NCBI GenBank assembly: GCA_050330955.1
Contig: JBHJHJ010000003.1
Span: 2,484-66,483, forward strand
Direction of reading: 5' to 3'
Length of the DNA stretch: 64,000 nt
Origin: Elainellaceae cyanobacterium
GTDB taxonomy: Bacteria > Cyanobacteriota > Cyanobacteriia > CAKZMO01
Shown: positions 36,641 to 46,847 of the stretch, one piece after another
Numbering within the stretch: the first letter of the stretch is position 1
Layout: each line of letters opens with the position of its first letter
The notes under the pieces: model-generated
Database searches by the model: none
Told to the model about the DNA's origin: nothing
What the model saw: the letters and a program-made list of their open reading frames with translations, nothing else
Position numbers and translations under genes: made by a program

Positions 36641-37492
36641 TTACACAAACACCGCTGTGCGATTGCCGTATACCAGCACCCGATTTTGCAGGTGGGCCCG
36701 CACCGCCCGCGCCAGCACCACCCGCTCTAGGTCTTTGCCCTTGCGAATCAAATCCGCCACCTCATCCCGATGGCTCACCCCCACCACATCCTGCTCAATA
36801 ATTGGCCCCTCGTCTAAATCCACCGTGGCGTAGTGGGCCGTTGCGCCAATGATCTTGACGCCGCGCTCGTGGGCCCGCTGATAGGGGTTGGCTCCCGCAA
36901 AGGCCGGCAAAAAAGAATGGTGAATGTTGATTACCCGGGGAAACTGGGCCAGGAGCGACGGGCTGAGCACCTGCATATATTTTGCCAGCACCACCAGGTC
37001 GATCTGGTACTGCTCTAGCAGGGCCAGCTGCGCCGCCTCCGCCTCCGCTTTCGTCTCTGGGGTGACCGGAACGTAGTGATAATCGATGCCAAACTGCTCG
37101 GCCACGGAGCGCAGCCGCTCGTGGTTGCTGATTACCAGGGGAACCTCCGCCGAAAATTCCTTGGCCTGCTGTCGCCATAGGAGGTCCAGCAGACAGTGGT
37201 CCTGCTTGGTCACCCAGATGGCCATCCGCGGCACCGCGTCGGAAAAGCAGATCTGCCAGCGGGCTTTGAGGGGCTGGGCGATCGCCTCGAAGGCCGGGGC
37301 AATTATGGGACGCGGCAGGTTGAATCCCGCTAGCTCCCACTCCATGCGGGTGAGGAATAGCCCCGCCGTCATGTCGGTGTGCTGCGCTGCGTGGATGATG
37401 TTGCCGCCGTTGGCGTAGATGAAGTTGGCGATTTTGGCGACAAGCCCCTGCTGGTCGGGGCAGGAGAAGAGGAGAACGGCGGTCGGGCTCAT
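36641..37492 (-). CDS. purU: Formyltetrahydrofolate deformylase
   Basis: N-terminal ACT-like region (AVLLFSCPDQQGLVAKIANFI), then the formyl-transferase core (NIHHSFLPAFAGANPYQRAHERGVKIIGATAHYATVDLDEGPIIEQDV). Start at MSPTAVLL removes the overlap with the upstream gene. Confidence 0.85.
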   Translation of the reverse strand: MSPTAVLLFSCPDQQGLVAKIANFIYANGGNIIHAAQHTDMTAGLFLTRMEWELAGFNLPRPIIAPAFEAIAQPLKARWQICFSDAVPRMAIWVTKQDHCLLDLLWRQQAKEFSAEVPLVISNHERLRSVAEQFGIDYHYVPVTPETKAEAEAAQLALLEQYQIDLVVLAKYMQVLSPSLLAQFPRVINIHHSFLPAFAGANPYQRAHERGVKIIGATAHYATVDLDEGPIIEQDVVGVSHRDEVADLIRKGKDLERVVLARAVRAHLQNRVLVYGNRTAVFV

Positions 37493-37502
37493 TGTTTGCA
37501 GC

Positions 37503-38009
37503 TTATGCGGCAGATTTTTGGAAGTAGTATTCCCAGGCTGCAACGCAGGCCGCCGCTTCAGGGGTCTCCTCTTCCGGGAAGCGGGCCATGAAGTCTTTAT
37601 CGGTCTGGGCGCAGTAGGGGCCTTCTTTGATCTCTAGCATAGCGGTGTTGGGGGCGAGGGCCACCAGGGTGTGGTAAGTTCCCTCGGGCAGCTCGATGGC
37701 GCGCACCGGGCCGCGATCGCTTATGCGGTGCTGCCGAATCACCTGGCCCGCGTCGTCAAAGACTAGAATGCCGATGGCGCCCTGCAGCACCAGAAAGAAC
37801 TCAAACCCGTTTACCTCGGGGGCGCGGTGGTGGCGGTGCGGCCTGACGTAGGTACCGGGCTGCATGACGTTGATGAAGCGCTGCACCCGCTCGTCAAGTT
37901 CGTGGAAGTTATGATTTTTCCGCAGGCGAGGGCTAGCGGCGGCCTGCTGCGCCGTTTCGTCAATTAGCGCTTGGGTCAGCAGCTTGTCGGTCAGCGATAC
38001 GTGGGTCAT
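37503..38009 (-). CDS. Cupin-fold protein (WbuC-like)
   Basis: Cupin motif region YVRPHRHHRAPEVNGFEFFLVLQGAIGILVFDD. Confidence 0.5.
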   Translation of the reverse strand: MTHVSLTDKLLTQALIDETAQQAAASPRLRKNHNFHELDERVQRFINVMQPGTYVRPHRHHRAPEVNGFEFFLVLQGAIGILVFDDAGQVIRQHRISDRGPVRAIELPEGTYHTLVALAPNTAMLEIKEGPYCAQTDKDFMARFPEEETPEAAACVAAWEYYFQKSAA

Positions 38010-38172
38010 GGCGTTTTCAGGAGTGTTGAGGCTTGAATTCCGTCCAGTATAACCGCGCGCTATTTTTGCCCTATGGGGTGATCTAAGCTACATATTCACC
38101 AAACCCGATGCCTGAAGCGATCGCAATGGATAGGTCCGGGCACAGCCTGCTGTTCCCCTAGCAAGGGGGCAG

Positions 38173-38796
38173 CTAAAATTCAATGCCGGGCTGCGCTTTT
38201 ACGCCCTGCTCCCGAAACGGGTGCTTCACCAGGGTCATTTCTGTTACTAGGTCAGCCTGCTCGATCAATTCTGGTGGAGCGCCGCGCCCCGTCAAAATCA
38301 CGTGGGAGTCTTCGGGCTTTTGCGCCAGGCCATCAGTCACCTGCGCCACCGAAAGGTAGCCCAGCTTCAGGGCAATGTTGACCTCATCCAGCAGAGTCAG
38401 CTTGACCTCGGGGTTGACAATAAAGCTTAAGGCTTTTCCCCAAGCGGCTTCCGCCTTGGCGATGTCGCGATCGCGGTCCTGAGTTTCCCAGGTGAACCCT
38501 TCCCCCAGGGCATGAAACTCAAGCTGGTCTTCCCACTGGCTGAGGACGGCTTTTTCTGCGGGCTCCCACGCCCCTTTGATGAACTGCACGATGGCGACCC
38601 GGTAGCCGTGCCCCAGCGATCGCACCACCATGCCCAGGGCGGCGGTGGTTTTGCCTTTGCCGTTTCCGGTGTGAACAATAATTAGCCCTTTCTCGCGGTT
38701 GCGCTCGGCCACGCGCTGCTCCTGCACTGCCTTGCGGCGCTGCATTTTGCGGCGGTATTGTTCTTGGTTGAGGTCGCTGGTGGTGGGTTCGGGCAT
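38173..38796 (-). CDS. cobO: Cob(I)yrinic acid a,c-diamide (corrinoid) adenosyltransferase
   Basis: P-loop HTGNGKGKTTAALG, then QFIKG, then LLDEVN, then the HVILTGRGAP pattern of BtuR/CobA/CobO. Confidence 0.85.
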   Translation of the reverse strand: MPEPTTSDLNQEQYRRKMQRRKAVQEQRVAERNREKGLIIVHTGNGKGKTTAALGMVVRSLGHGYRVAIVQFIKGAWEPAEKAVLSQWEDQLEFHALGEGFTWETQDRDRDIAKAEAAWGKALSFIVNPEVKLTLLDEVNIALKLGYLSVAQVTDGLAQKPEDSHVILTGRGAPPELIEQADLVTEMTLVKHPFREQGVKAQPGIEF

Positions 38797-38973
38797 GGCG
38801 TTGATGCGTAAATCCTGGGGGCTCTAGCCTACCGCAATTTGAACCATCTCAGATGAAGGGCAGAAGCAAGCCAGAAGCAAGCAGGCCGCTAAGGGAAATC
38901 TGACCTTTGATTTACCCTATTCTCAGCCGCGATCGCCATCATAGAGCTATGTAATGCTATCAGCACCAGACCC

Positions 38974-40059
38974 ATGCCCACTCGCCGCAAGCTGCTCAGA
39001 CGATTTGGGTTTCTAGGGGGCGCCGTCCTTCTGCCCTCTGCCCTGAAAGCCCTCGGAGATGCATCGTTCAAATCTTCGGGTTCGCCCGCGCCTACACCCA
39101 AACCAGCGGCACCAATGACATCCCCCATTGCGCTGGCTGCGCCTGCCGTAGCGGCGCCGAACCCCCACCGCGTCGTAGTCATCAGCACCACGGACCGAGC
39201 GGCAGGGGTGCGTCAGGCCATGGCGCTGCTCCAGCCCGCCAGCTTCAGCGGCAAGCGAGTGTTTATCAAACCCAACTACAACACCGGAGACCCCGCCCCC
39301 GCCGCCACCGACCCAGCCGTGCTAGAGGCCGTGGTGCAGGAAGTCCAAGGGGCAGGGGCCAGCCAAATCACCGTCGGCGATCGCTCTGGCATGGCCGACA
39401 CTCGCAGCGCTATGCAGCAGATGCAGGTGTTTACGCTGGCCAACCGCTATGGCTTCACCCCCCTGGTGTTCAACGAGCTGGGGCGGGGCGACTGGCAATA
39501 TTTTCCCAGCGAGGGAACCAACTGGTCCCGCGGATTTGCGATCGCTAGACCCGTGCTCAACGCCGACGCGATCGTCAACCTCTGCTGCCTCAAAACCCAC
39601 CGGTTTGGTGGCCACTTCACCCTGTCGCTGAAAAACACCATCGGCATGGTGGCCCGGTACGTCCCTGGCGACGGCCACGACTACATGCGCGAGCTGCACC
39701 GCTCCGCCAACCAACGGCTGATGATTGCTGAGGTGAACCGCGCCTACCGCCCCGCCATGGTGCTAATCGACGGGGTAGATGCCTTTGTGGGGGGCGGGCC
39801 AGAGCAGGGGCAGCGGGTGCGGGCCGGGGTGATGCTGGCGGGGACAGACCGCATCGCCGTGGACGCCGTGGGCATTGCGATTCTGCGGATGCTGGGGACG
39901 ACGCGGGACGTCTCTAGCGGCTCCATTTGGAGCCAGGCGCAAATTCGCCGCGCCGCTGACCTGGGCCTGGGGGCGGTTGGCCCTCAGCAGATTGAGTTTG
40001 TGACGGGGGATGAGGCGGGCGATCGCCTGGTGGGGCAGCTGCGACCTTTTCTCACTTAG
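38974..40059 (+). CDS. DUF362-family protein with N-terminal Tat-like signal
   Basis: MPTRRKLLRRFGFLGGAVLL.. followed by VFIKPNYN..., then the IVNLCCLKTH and IAVDAVG motifs of DUF362. Confidence 0.5.
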   Translation: MPTRRKLLRRFGFLGGAVLLPSALKALGDASFKSSGSPAPTPKPAAPMTSPIALAAPAVAAPNPHRVVVISTTDRAAGVRQAMALLQPASFSGKRVFIKPNYNTGDPAPAATDPAVLEAVVQEVQGAGASQITVGDRSGMADTRSAMQQMQVFTLANRYGFTPLVFNELGRGDWQYFPSEGTNWSRGFAIARPVLNADAIVNLCCLKTHRFGGHFTLSLKNTIGMVARYVPGDGHDYMRELHRSANQRLMIAEVNRAYRPAMVLIDGVDAFVGGGPEQGQRVRAGVMLAGTDRIAVDAVGIAILRMLGTTRDVSSGSIWSQAQIRRAADLGLGAVGPQQIEFVTGDEAGDRLVGQLRPFLT

Positions 40060-40157
40060 CAAAGCGGCCAGCGCTACAGATTCTCCGTCCTCCCGTTTCA
40101 TCACCTTAAACTGGAGGGTGTGGTCTATGGCCACAGCGCCCTCTACCTCATCGCGCC

Positions 40158-40631
40158 ATGACGATTGAACTACTTTTTAACGCCGCCAACCTTTTCGTGC
40201 TCCCCTTCTGGGCCCTCATGGTCATAGCGCCGAGCTGGCCGGTGACCCGCCGCGTCATGGCCTCCATGCTGCCCTTCGTCGCTCTCGCGGCGCTCTATGT
40301 CTACTTTTTTGTCCTCAGCATCACGCCGGAGTCGGCCCAGTCTTTCAGCAGCGCTGGCCTGTCGGACATCGCTGCTCTGTTTGCCGACGAGCGCGTTGCC
40401 GCCACGGGCTGGGTTCACTTTTTGGTGATGGATTTGCTCGCCGGGCGGTGGATCTATCAAGATGGGCAGGCCCACCAAATTTTTACCCGCCACTCCCTAG
40501 CGCTGTGTCTGTTTGCGGGGCCGATGGGGCTACTGTCCCATATCGTCACCCGCTGGATCGTCAATGCCCGGCGGCCTGCTTCCGAAGATGGCGCAGAGCC
40601 CACGGAAGCCGCGCCATCCACAGCAAATTAG
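40158..40631 (+). CDS. ABA4-like/DUF4281 small membrane protein
   Basis: NLFVLPFWALMVIAPSW and four predicted TM segments, about 150 aa. Confidence 0.5.
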   Translation: MTIELLFNAANLFVLPFWALMVIAPSWPVTRRVMASMLPFVALAALYVYFFVLSITPESAQSFSSAGLSDIAALFADERVAATGWVHFLVMDLLAGRWIYQDGQAHQIFTRHSLALCLFAGPMGLLSHIVTRWIVNARRPASEDGAEPTEAAPSTAN

Positions 40632-40749
40632 CTTTTCTGCAGGGCTTTGGCCCCGCAGTGCGGCAATTTGAAGTAGCTGCAGCAGTAGCCGTAAATGATG
40701 GGATTGTGTCACCATATGAGGGACGCGTCGCAACTCCACATCAAGACCT

Positions 40750-40959
40750 ATGAACGAGCTTTCACCTTTGCTGAGGGAACTTTCTGGCCATCCCGTAGCC
40801 TTTCTAGGTGGCTTTTTCTCCGGTGCCTTTCGCCTCAGCCTCAACGAAGATCCGGTTAAGAACTGGCTGATGCAGCATAACGTCAACGGCCCTGTGCAGC
40901 CGGTCTCCACCCAGCCTGGGGAGAACGGCAGCGGCCCCCAGTCTATCTCTATTGATTAA
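40750..40959 (+). CDS. Small hypothetical protein (69 aa)
   Basis: ORF immediately upstream of the 40977 gene on the same strand. No motifs. Confidence 0.25.
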   Translation: MNELSPLLRELSGHPVAFLGGFFSGAFRLSLNEDPVKNWLMQHNVNGPVQPVSTQPGENGSGPQSISID

Positions 40960-40976
40960 TTAGTTCTCTTGACTTT

Positions 40977-42398
40977 ATGAAAAACTGGCGGTTTCTGATT
41001 CAGCAGGAGGGCGATCGCGAGTGGTTGCCCCTTGAATCTCTTGAATCGGAAATTTTAGAGGGTCGCTATCGCCTCGTGGGTCAGTCCCAGCGGCAGCGGT
41101 ATCCAGTTCAAATTCATCTGGTTTACCGGGATTTGGAAGGGGCTGCACCCCGCCATCATCGCCGGGAGAGTCAAACCAATGATCAAGGCCTCGTGGGGAT
41201 CTTCCCGTTTACGCGGCTCCAGCCCGGCCTCTGGCAGGTGGTATGTCAAATAGATACCGGTTCTGTTGCGCTTCATTTACAGGTAGTTCCCCAAGAAGGC
41301 GTCTCAGATTTGGAGCCCGAGCTCGACCTGTCGAGCTTTCCCCAGCTCCGCACCGAGGTAAGCCAGGCCGGGCCGCTCCTTAAGTCCCCATTGACTGCAA
41401 CCTCATTAACTGCGGCCCCGTCTGCTGAGTCCTTGTCTGCTGAGCCCTTACCTGCTGAATCCCCGTCTCTTGAGAATGAGGGCCAGCCGGTTGAAGACAA
41501 CGTCGCAGAGGTGGCGCGCGAGATTGACGGGGCTATGGCTTCGGTGGCAGATCTGTTTCAGACCGTAGAAGACATGGCAGACCAGGTGATCAACGCCATG
41601 GCCGCTCGCCTGTCAGACGGCGGCTCCCTAGGCTCTACGCCGAACCCTGCCCCTGCTTCTTCGTCGGCGTCATCGCCGGCGTCATCGCCCACCGCCCAGG
41701 CGCCTGATCGCCAGGCACCTCATCCTCAGGGGACTGGCCCTCAGACGCCCAACCCCCAGCCGGTCCTGCCAGCCACCATCGAACTTCAGTCCTCCGCCTA
41801 TACCCTGCACCAAGGGCAGCCGCTGACGCTTCAAGGGACAATCTCAGGCGAGGGGGCCGCGCAGCTCCCCGCCACGCTCTCCCTGACGATAATAGAGCCC
41901 CACGCGGGAGAGGCGATCGCTAAGCAGACCTATCCCGAGGCGATCGCCCAAATTCCCCAAAGCTTTAGCTGGGCTGTTTCTGCCTCCATACCGGCTAAGG
42001 CACAGCTTGTGCTGGCGCGGCTGTCGCTGCGCTCAACTGCGACACCCCAGCCTTGGCCCTTGGCTGAGTGCTCCTTTGCCATCATGGTGCTGAGTGAAGA
42101 GGCCGACAATCCGTTTCTTCTCCTCCCTGCCGACCCAGCTAACCAGGACGGAGGCCGCCAGCTTGAACCCCAAAAAACTGCTCGGCGCTCCTCCCCTGTT
42201 GAGCTGCCGCCATTTCTTAAGGGCAAAGCGACCGTTCCTCCAGAAACGAGAGCTGCTGCCCTTGCAAAAGTAGCTGAGATGAAGGGTGTAGCCGTGCACC
42301 AGGAACCGCCTTCTGATTTAGACGAAGCTGCCGAAACCGCAAATCCGTTTCGGTATCCCAGCGGCGTTGAAGATTCGGACGATGCCACAGGGTCTTAA
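40977..42398 (+). CDS. Hypothetical protein with a long Pro/Ser/Ala-rich low-complexity middle
   Basis: 473-aa ORF with host-like composition. No recognisable domain. Confidence 0.5.
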   Translation: MKNWRFLIQQEGDREWLPLESLESEILEGRYRLVGQSQRQRYPVQIHLVYRDLEGAAPRHHRRESQTNDQGLVGIFPFTRLQPGLWQVVCQIDTGSVALHLQVVPQEGVSDLEPELDLSSFPQLRTEVSQAGPLLKSPLTATSLTAAPSAESLSAEPLPAESPSLENEGQPVEDNVAEVAREIDGAMASVADLFQTVEDMADQVINAMAARLSDGGSLGSTPNPAPASSSASSPASSPTAQAPDRQAPHPQGTGPQTPNPQPVLPATIELQSSAYTLHQGQPLTLQGTISGEGAAQLPATLSLTIIEPHAGEAIAKQTYPEAIAQIPQSFSWAVSASIPAKAQLVLARLSLRSTATPQPWPLAECSFAIMVLSEEADNPFLLLPADPANQDGGRQLEPQKTARRSSPVELPPFLKGKATVPPETRAAALAKVAEMKGVAVHQEPPSDLDEAAETANPFRYPSGVEDSDDATGS

Positions 42399-42632
42399 AC
42401 CCTTACAGCAATCCTGAATGGTTGGGGCGAGAGAGTAAGCGCCACTCATCCCTGCTCCCGCCTACATGTTGTGGGCGATTGAGTATCGCGATACGTTGGT
42501 TTAACAATGTTAAAAATTCTTAGCAGATAGGCTGTGGCTGCAGGATTCACAGTACAGTCGAATCTACGGATATCCGCCACTGCCTTGAGCGGGCGGTCTT
42601 TTATACCTTTGTTGCATTCTGTAGGAAATATT

Positions 42633-42749
42633 ATGGCAGCATCCTATTTACCTTCTATCCTAGTGCCCATCGTTGGGTTGGTGTTCCCCGCGGTTGCGAT
42701 GTCTCTTCTGTTTATCTACATCGAGCGCGAGGATGCGTCTGGCATCTAG
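42633..42749 (+). CDS. psaI: Photosystem I reaction centre subunit VIII
   Basis: [38 protein letters not shown] matches the PsaI consensus (..AAS.LP.I.IPVVG..P.V.M.LLF.YIE..) closely. Taken from an internal ATG of ORF 42534-42749. Confidence 0.8.
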   Translation: MAASYLPSILVPIVGLVFPAVAMSLLFIYIEREDASGI

Positions 42750-42777
42750 AGCGAAGATGCATCTGGCATCTAAAGCG
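42732..42777 (+). repeat. 24-bp tandem duplication spanning the psaI stop
   Basis: gatgcgtctggcatctagagcg aa gatgcatctggcatctaaagcg. It duplicates the last codons and stop of psaI. Confidence 0.6.
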
Positions 42778-42820
42778 GCATTGGCCTCGATTAACACTAG
42801 TATTTGTGGAGAAAAATAAA

Positions 42821-43333
42821 ATGACGCAGATCCCTGAATTTGTTCCTAACCCTCCGAAGCTTGAGCAGGTTACCCCTCCAGATAGTCCTGAGGTGGGTAA
42901 TCTAGCGACCCCAATCAACTCATCGGCGTTCACGCGGGCCTTTATCAACAATTTGCCGGCCTACCGGGAAGGTCTATCTCCCCAGCGGCGTGGGCTGGAA
43001 ATTGGCATGGCTCACGGCTACTTGCTTTACGGCCCATTTGCTCTGCTCGGTCCGCTGCGCGGCTCCGATGTCTCTGGGTTTGCTGGGGCTGCTGCAGCGA
43101 TTCTACTGGTGCTGATTCTAACGGTTTGTCTGTCGCTCTATTCCAGTAACGGCGTCAAAAAACCCATTTCGACCTTAACGACCCCTAACCCTCCCGAAGC
43201 GTTGAGTACGGTCGAGGGCTGGAGTGAGTTTGCGGGTGGCTTCCTCGTAGGCGGTATCGGCGGCGTTATTTTCGCTTATCTCTTGGTTCAGGTGCTGGAT
43301 GCGGGCGTATTTGACGTCATCGGCATGGGATAG
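42821..43333 (+). CDS. psaL: Photosystem I reaction centre subunit XI
   Basis: PINSSAFTRAFINNLPAYREGLSPQRRGLEIGMAHGYLLYGPFALLGPLR, with C-terminal TM helices. Start at MTQIPEF (the ORF-track start 42806 is also possible). Confidence 0.9.
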   Translation: MTQIPEFVPNPPKLEQVTPPDSPEVGNLATPINSSAFTRAFINNLPAYREGLSPQRRGLEIGMAHGYLLYGPFALLGPLRGSDVSGFAGAAAAILLVLILTVCLSLYSSNGVKKPISTLTTPNPPEALSTVEGWSEFAGGFLVGGIGGVIFAYLLVQVLDAGVFDVIGMG

Positions 43334-43341
43334 GTTTCACC

Positions 43342-43378
43342 ACAGCGTCAGCGAGAACCCGGTTCTCGCTGACGCTGT
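43342..43378. terminator. Bidirectional terminator hairpin between psaL (+) and the convergent peptidase gene (-)
   Basis: Perfect 18-bp inverted repeat ACAGCGTCAGCGAGAACC c GGTTCTCGCTGACGCTGT, 9 nt after the psaL stop. Confidence 0.6.
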
Positions 43379-43442
43379 ATTGTTTAGATCAATATTATTT
43401 AGCTGGACTTAGACTCAAAGCACCGATCCAAGGCACTGCAGG

Positions 43443-44033
43443 TTATGAAGCCCGCTTCAACAGAGGTTGGCTCGGCGGGTACGGTCTGGGAATGGCGACG
43501 GGATGATTAGGCCGAAGATTGAACAGCAGGTCATTGAGACGATCTAGAACCTGCGTGAAATCGGCGGCGATCGCGCTGCAGTTTTGCGGCGTCAGTCTAG
43601 GGACGTGGATGAATAGGCCAAACGTGCCCGAATGGTTCTGCAGGTGGCTGAGAACGTCGTAGTAAAGGCGGTTGCAGACAAATCGACCTGCGTCGTGGCT
43701 GATTTCTGTGGTCGATAGGCCTTTCTGTAGCGCGGGCAGGGGTAGGGGTGAGTGTATTGCCCTGGTTTCCCCCACAGCCGTTGATTCTAGTCCTAGCTTG
43801 TGCCTTGGCTCGCCCATGCCGCAGCACACCACGGCAGCAGGCTTGTAAGCCTCTATCGCCTCAATCACCTGCTGAGGCGCCTGTTCAAAGTGGACCGGAA
43901 GTCGACGTAGAAAGCGCAAAGTTGAGAGCTGAGGATAGGTCGCGCCCACAATTTGCAATAGGTCATCAGACGCGTTGGAAGGCTGGTCAGCTCTCCAAAC
44001 CTGGAACGAGGTTAAAAGGATGTCTTGAAACAT
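43443..44033 (-). CDS. Pyroglutamyl-peptidase I (peptidase C15)-like protein
   Basis: ILLTSF..PSNAS N-terminus, then the DAGRFVCNRLYY catalytic-Cys motif, then HVP His motif. Confidence 0.6.
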   Translation of the reverse strand: MFQDILLTSFQVWRADQPSNASDDLLQIVGATYPQLSTLRFLRRLPVHFEQAPQQVIEAIEAYKPAAVVCCGMGEPRHKLGLESTAVGETRAIHSPLPLPALQKGLSTTEISHDAGRFVCNRLYYDVLSHLQNHSGTFGLFIHVPRLTPQNCSAIAADFTQVLDRLNDLLFNLRPNHPVAIPRPYPPSQPLLKRAS

Positions 44034-44467
44034 GGCACGGCCAGCCTAAAAATTCTTACGTCGGAAAAGAGGGCTTGTCAGTGAGGTGATGCTTCTCATG
44101 GGCGATTAGCTAATACAATTGCCGATGAACCTAGCAGGGAAATGGCCTGCGAGCAGCCATCTTGCGGGTCTATTCCTGCGCGGTCTGCTCATACATGGTT
44201 TACTGCTACGTGGTCTACAAACGATGACTACCGTAAATGCACTGCATAGATTCAGTCTATGGAGTTTATAGATATACCCTCAGCCAAATGCGTAAGCTTA
44301 ATGCTTATTTAATAAAGGGATCGTGACAACTTATCTAGACTTTAACCTTGGCTTATCACCTTACTACGTTTTTGCTGCATTACGCCCATGTCGCAGGTTA
44401 GCTGATATAAACGGAAACACCGTAAAATACAGGGCCAGCTAGCCAATTGAACCTGAGGGGCTTACGA

Positions 44468-45223
44468 ATGAAATCGATTTCTGGATTCACCGTTAAACAG
44501 TTAGAGAAAGTCGTACCGTATATCGAGAGAGCGGTGCCAGCCTACTCCAAAGTCGGAGAGTCTGTCTTTTTTTCTAAAGAGCAATTTCCTTGGGCCACGC
44601 ACTTAGAAGCGCACTGGACCACGATTCGTAAAGAGTTAGACAGTGTTCTAGAACGGGTTGACGAACTGCCAAACTTTCAAGATATTTCGAAACGACAGTA
44701 CCGGATTGCCAACGACAATCGTTGGAAGACCTATTTCTTCTGGGCCTTTGGCTTTCGCGCCGAAGGGAACTGCCAGCGCTGCCCTGAGACGACAGCGCTA
44801 CTAGAGAAAATTCCAGGGCTCAAGGTGGCTTTTTTTTCGATCCTAGCGCCCGGAAAACACATTCCTCGCCATCGGGGCAAGCACAAGGGATTGATCCGCT
44901 ACCATCTGGGGCTCAAGGTGCCAGAACCTGCTGACCAGTGCTATATCCAGGTCGATGATCAAGTCGCCCGCTGGCAAGAGGGCAAGAGCCTAATCTTTGA
45001 CGACACCTATTATCACGAGGTCTGGAACAACACAGAGGGCTACCGGGCCGTTCTGTTTTTAGATATTGTGCGTCCGATGCGGTTTCCCCTGTCCCTGGTC
45101 AACTGGCTGGTGTGTCGCTTGGTGGCTGCGTCGCCTATTGTGCAGGACGCCCGGAAGAGCCACGACGCCTGGGAAAAGAAGTTTGAGGCCACCGCACAGC
45201 GTGAGCGGGTTACAGAATCGTAG
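44468..45223 (+). CDS. Aspartyl/asparaginyl beta-hydroxylase family 2OG-Fe(II) oxygenase
   Basis: HIPRHRGKHKGLIRYHLGLKVP..; IFDDTYYHEVWNNT. ATG at 44468 preferred over the TTG at 44447. Confidence 0.75.
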   Translation: MKSISGFTVKQLEKVVPYIERAVPAYSKVGESVFFSKEQFPWATHLEAHWTTIRKELDSVLERVDELPNFQDISKRQYRIANDNRWKTYFFWAFGFRAEGNCQRCPETTALLEKIPGLKVAFFSILAPGKHIPRHRGKHKGLIRYHLGLKVPEPADQCYIQVDDQVARWQEGKSLIFDDTYYHEVWNNTEGYRAVLFLDIVRPMRFPLSLVNWLVCRLVAASPIVQDARKSHDAWEKKFEATAQRERVTES

Positions 45224-45232
45224 GCGACCCCG

Positions 45233-46429
45233 CTATTTACTAAGCTTCATGCCCGACGCAGCCGGGATTGACCAGCTAATGAGACCAACGCCCATTGCTA
45301 GAATGCCGGCCACGTAAAACACGGGCGGCAGGCCCGCGAACTTCCACACGGGGCCCAGCAGCAGCGGCGATAAGAACTGACCTAGGGAGTTAGTGCCTGT
45401 ACCGATCGCCAGCACGCTGGATCGAATCTCTGGCGGAGACAAGGCCGCAAGGCCGTCGTAGATGTTGGGAATCGTGATGCCGAACCCCATGCCAAACAGC
45501 ACTGCCGCTGGCACGATCGCCCAGAGCTGATCCAGCAATGGAATCGTGCAGAGCATGGCTCCCATGACGATGAACCCCAGCCCAACGGTTGGCCCGGTGC
45601 CAATGGCCTTGGCAACCCTGCTGGCGGCGATCGCCGAGACCACTGCAGCGCCCACAGCGCGAATCGCTAGCACAAAGCCATTTAGCGCTGGGCCGGCGTC
45701 AATGGCGGCCTTGAGGTATAGCGGCGTGTAGATGACCACCGCATAGACAACCGCTGCCGCCAGGGCAATGCCCGCATACAGCCGCAGAACAGCAGGCTGG
45801 CGAATCACGCGCAGCAGCGCTTTGGGGCTGGTGACTAGGCTACTTGCCCGGTAGTGCCCCTCCCGCAAAATCAGAAGAGACAGCAGGGCAACCGGGACGC
45901 CAAACCCATAGAGATAGAAGGCAAACGACCAGTGGACCGAGCCCACCCATCCCCCAACCAGGGGAATCAAAATGCTGGCCGTCGTCATGGCGCTTGTGGC
46001 GTAGCCCAGGATGCGGGTGCGCGCCTCACCCTCGTATAGCGTGCTCAAAAGCCCAATGCTGGAGGCCGCGATGCCGGCGCTGGCAATGCCGAGCAGGACG
46101 CGGCTAAGGAGGAGCGGCGCTAGCTGCGTCATGAATCCACCGGAAACGCCAAAAGCGCTGTAGCACAGCAGAGACGTGACCAGGACGCGGCGCTTGCCCA
46201 CGCGGTCTGCTACTAGCCCCCACAGTGGCGTGAACAGGGCGATCGCTAAGGCGTGAATGCTGACTAGGGTGCCCGCCCAACGGGGGTCAAGCTGGAGCTG
46301 CTGCACAATTTCTGGGAGTACGGGGGAGACCACGCCGCCTGTCATCGTGGTTAAACAACCCGCCCCGACTAAGACACATAGCTGCGTGAATCGTTGACGG
46401 AGGGGGGAAGTCAGGAGCTTCGGTGGCAT
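45233..46429 (-). CDS. MFS transporter
   Basis: 12 predicted TMs and the MFS loop motif (GLVADRVGKRRVL). Start at the ATG (MPPKLL); the TTG at 46459 is also possible. Confidence 0.8.
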   Translation of the reverse strand: MPPKLLTSPLRQRFTQLCVLVGAGCLTTMTGGVVSPVLPEIVQQLQLDPRWAGTLVSIHALAIALFTPLWGLVADRVGKRRVLVTSLLCYSAFGVSGGFMTQLAPLLLSRVLLGIASAGIAASSIGLLSTLYEGEARTRILGYATSAMTTASILIPLVGGWVGSVHWSFAFYLYGFGVPVALLSLLILREGHYRASSLVTSPKALLRVIRQPAVLRLYAGIALAAAVVYAVVIYTPLYLKAAIDAGPALNGFVLAIRAVGAAVVSAIAASRVAKAIGTGPTVGLGFIVMGAMLCTIPLLDQLWAIVPAAVLFGMGFGITIPNIYDGLAALSPPEIRSSVLAIGTGTNSLGQFLSPLLLGPVWKFAGLPPVFYVAGILAMGVGLISWSIPAASGMKLSK

Positions 46430-46487
46430 AACATCAGATTTTTTAAGGTGGCGCAGCAACCAGTACCATGGCCTGCGGCTGTGGCAA

Positions 46488-46541
46488 AGCCCAGTGAGAT
46501 CTAAAAGCCCAGTGAGACCTGAAAGCCCAGTGAGATCTAAA
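46488..46541. repeat. 3 x 18-bp perfect/near-perfect tandem repeat in the divergent promoter region
   Basis: agcccagtgagatctaaa / agcccagtgagacctgaa / agcccagtgagatctaaa, between the MFS gene (-) and the Rieske oxygenase gene (+). Confidence 0.65.
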
Positions 46542-46847
46542 ATCTACGGGCTTCTGAAGCAAGTGAGTAAGGGGTAGCAGAGGAATGCACTCGCGCAGGC
46601 TAGTATTCTTTAAAGAAACTTGTGATTACCCCGCATACTCGGATATGTCAATCATGCGTTACTGTTTATAACATACTTGCAGGGAGGTGACACTGGCTTA
46701 ACAGCCCACTCACCGCCGCTCCCACTCTCCTGGTGAGGTAGTATACATTACTGCGATTTTCAAGCGCCGCTCTCGGCGTCGCTTTGGCCCGCAGCGGTAC
46801 AGCGACACGCTGGCTTGCAGACCCATTCGAGAACAGAAGGCTTACCC

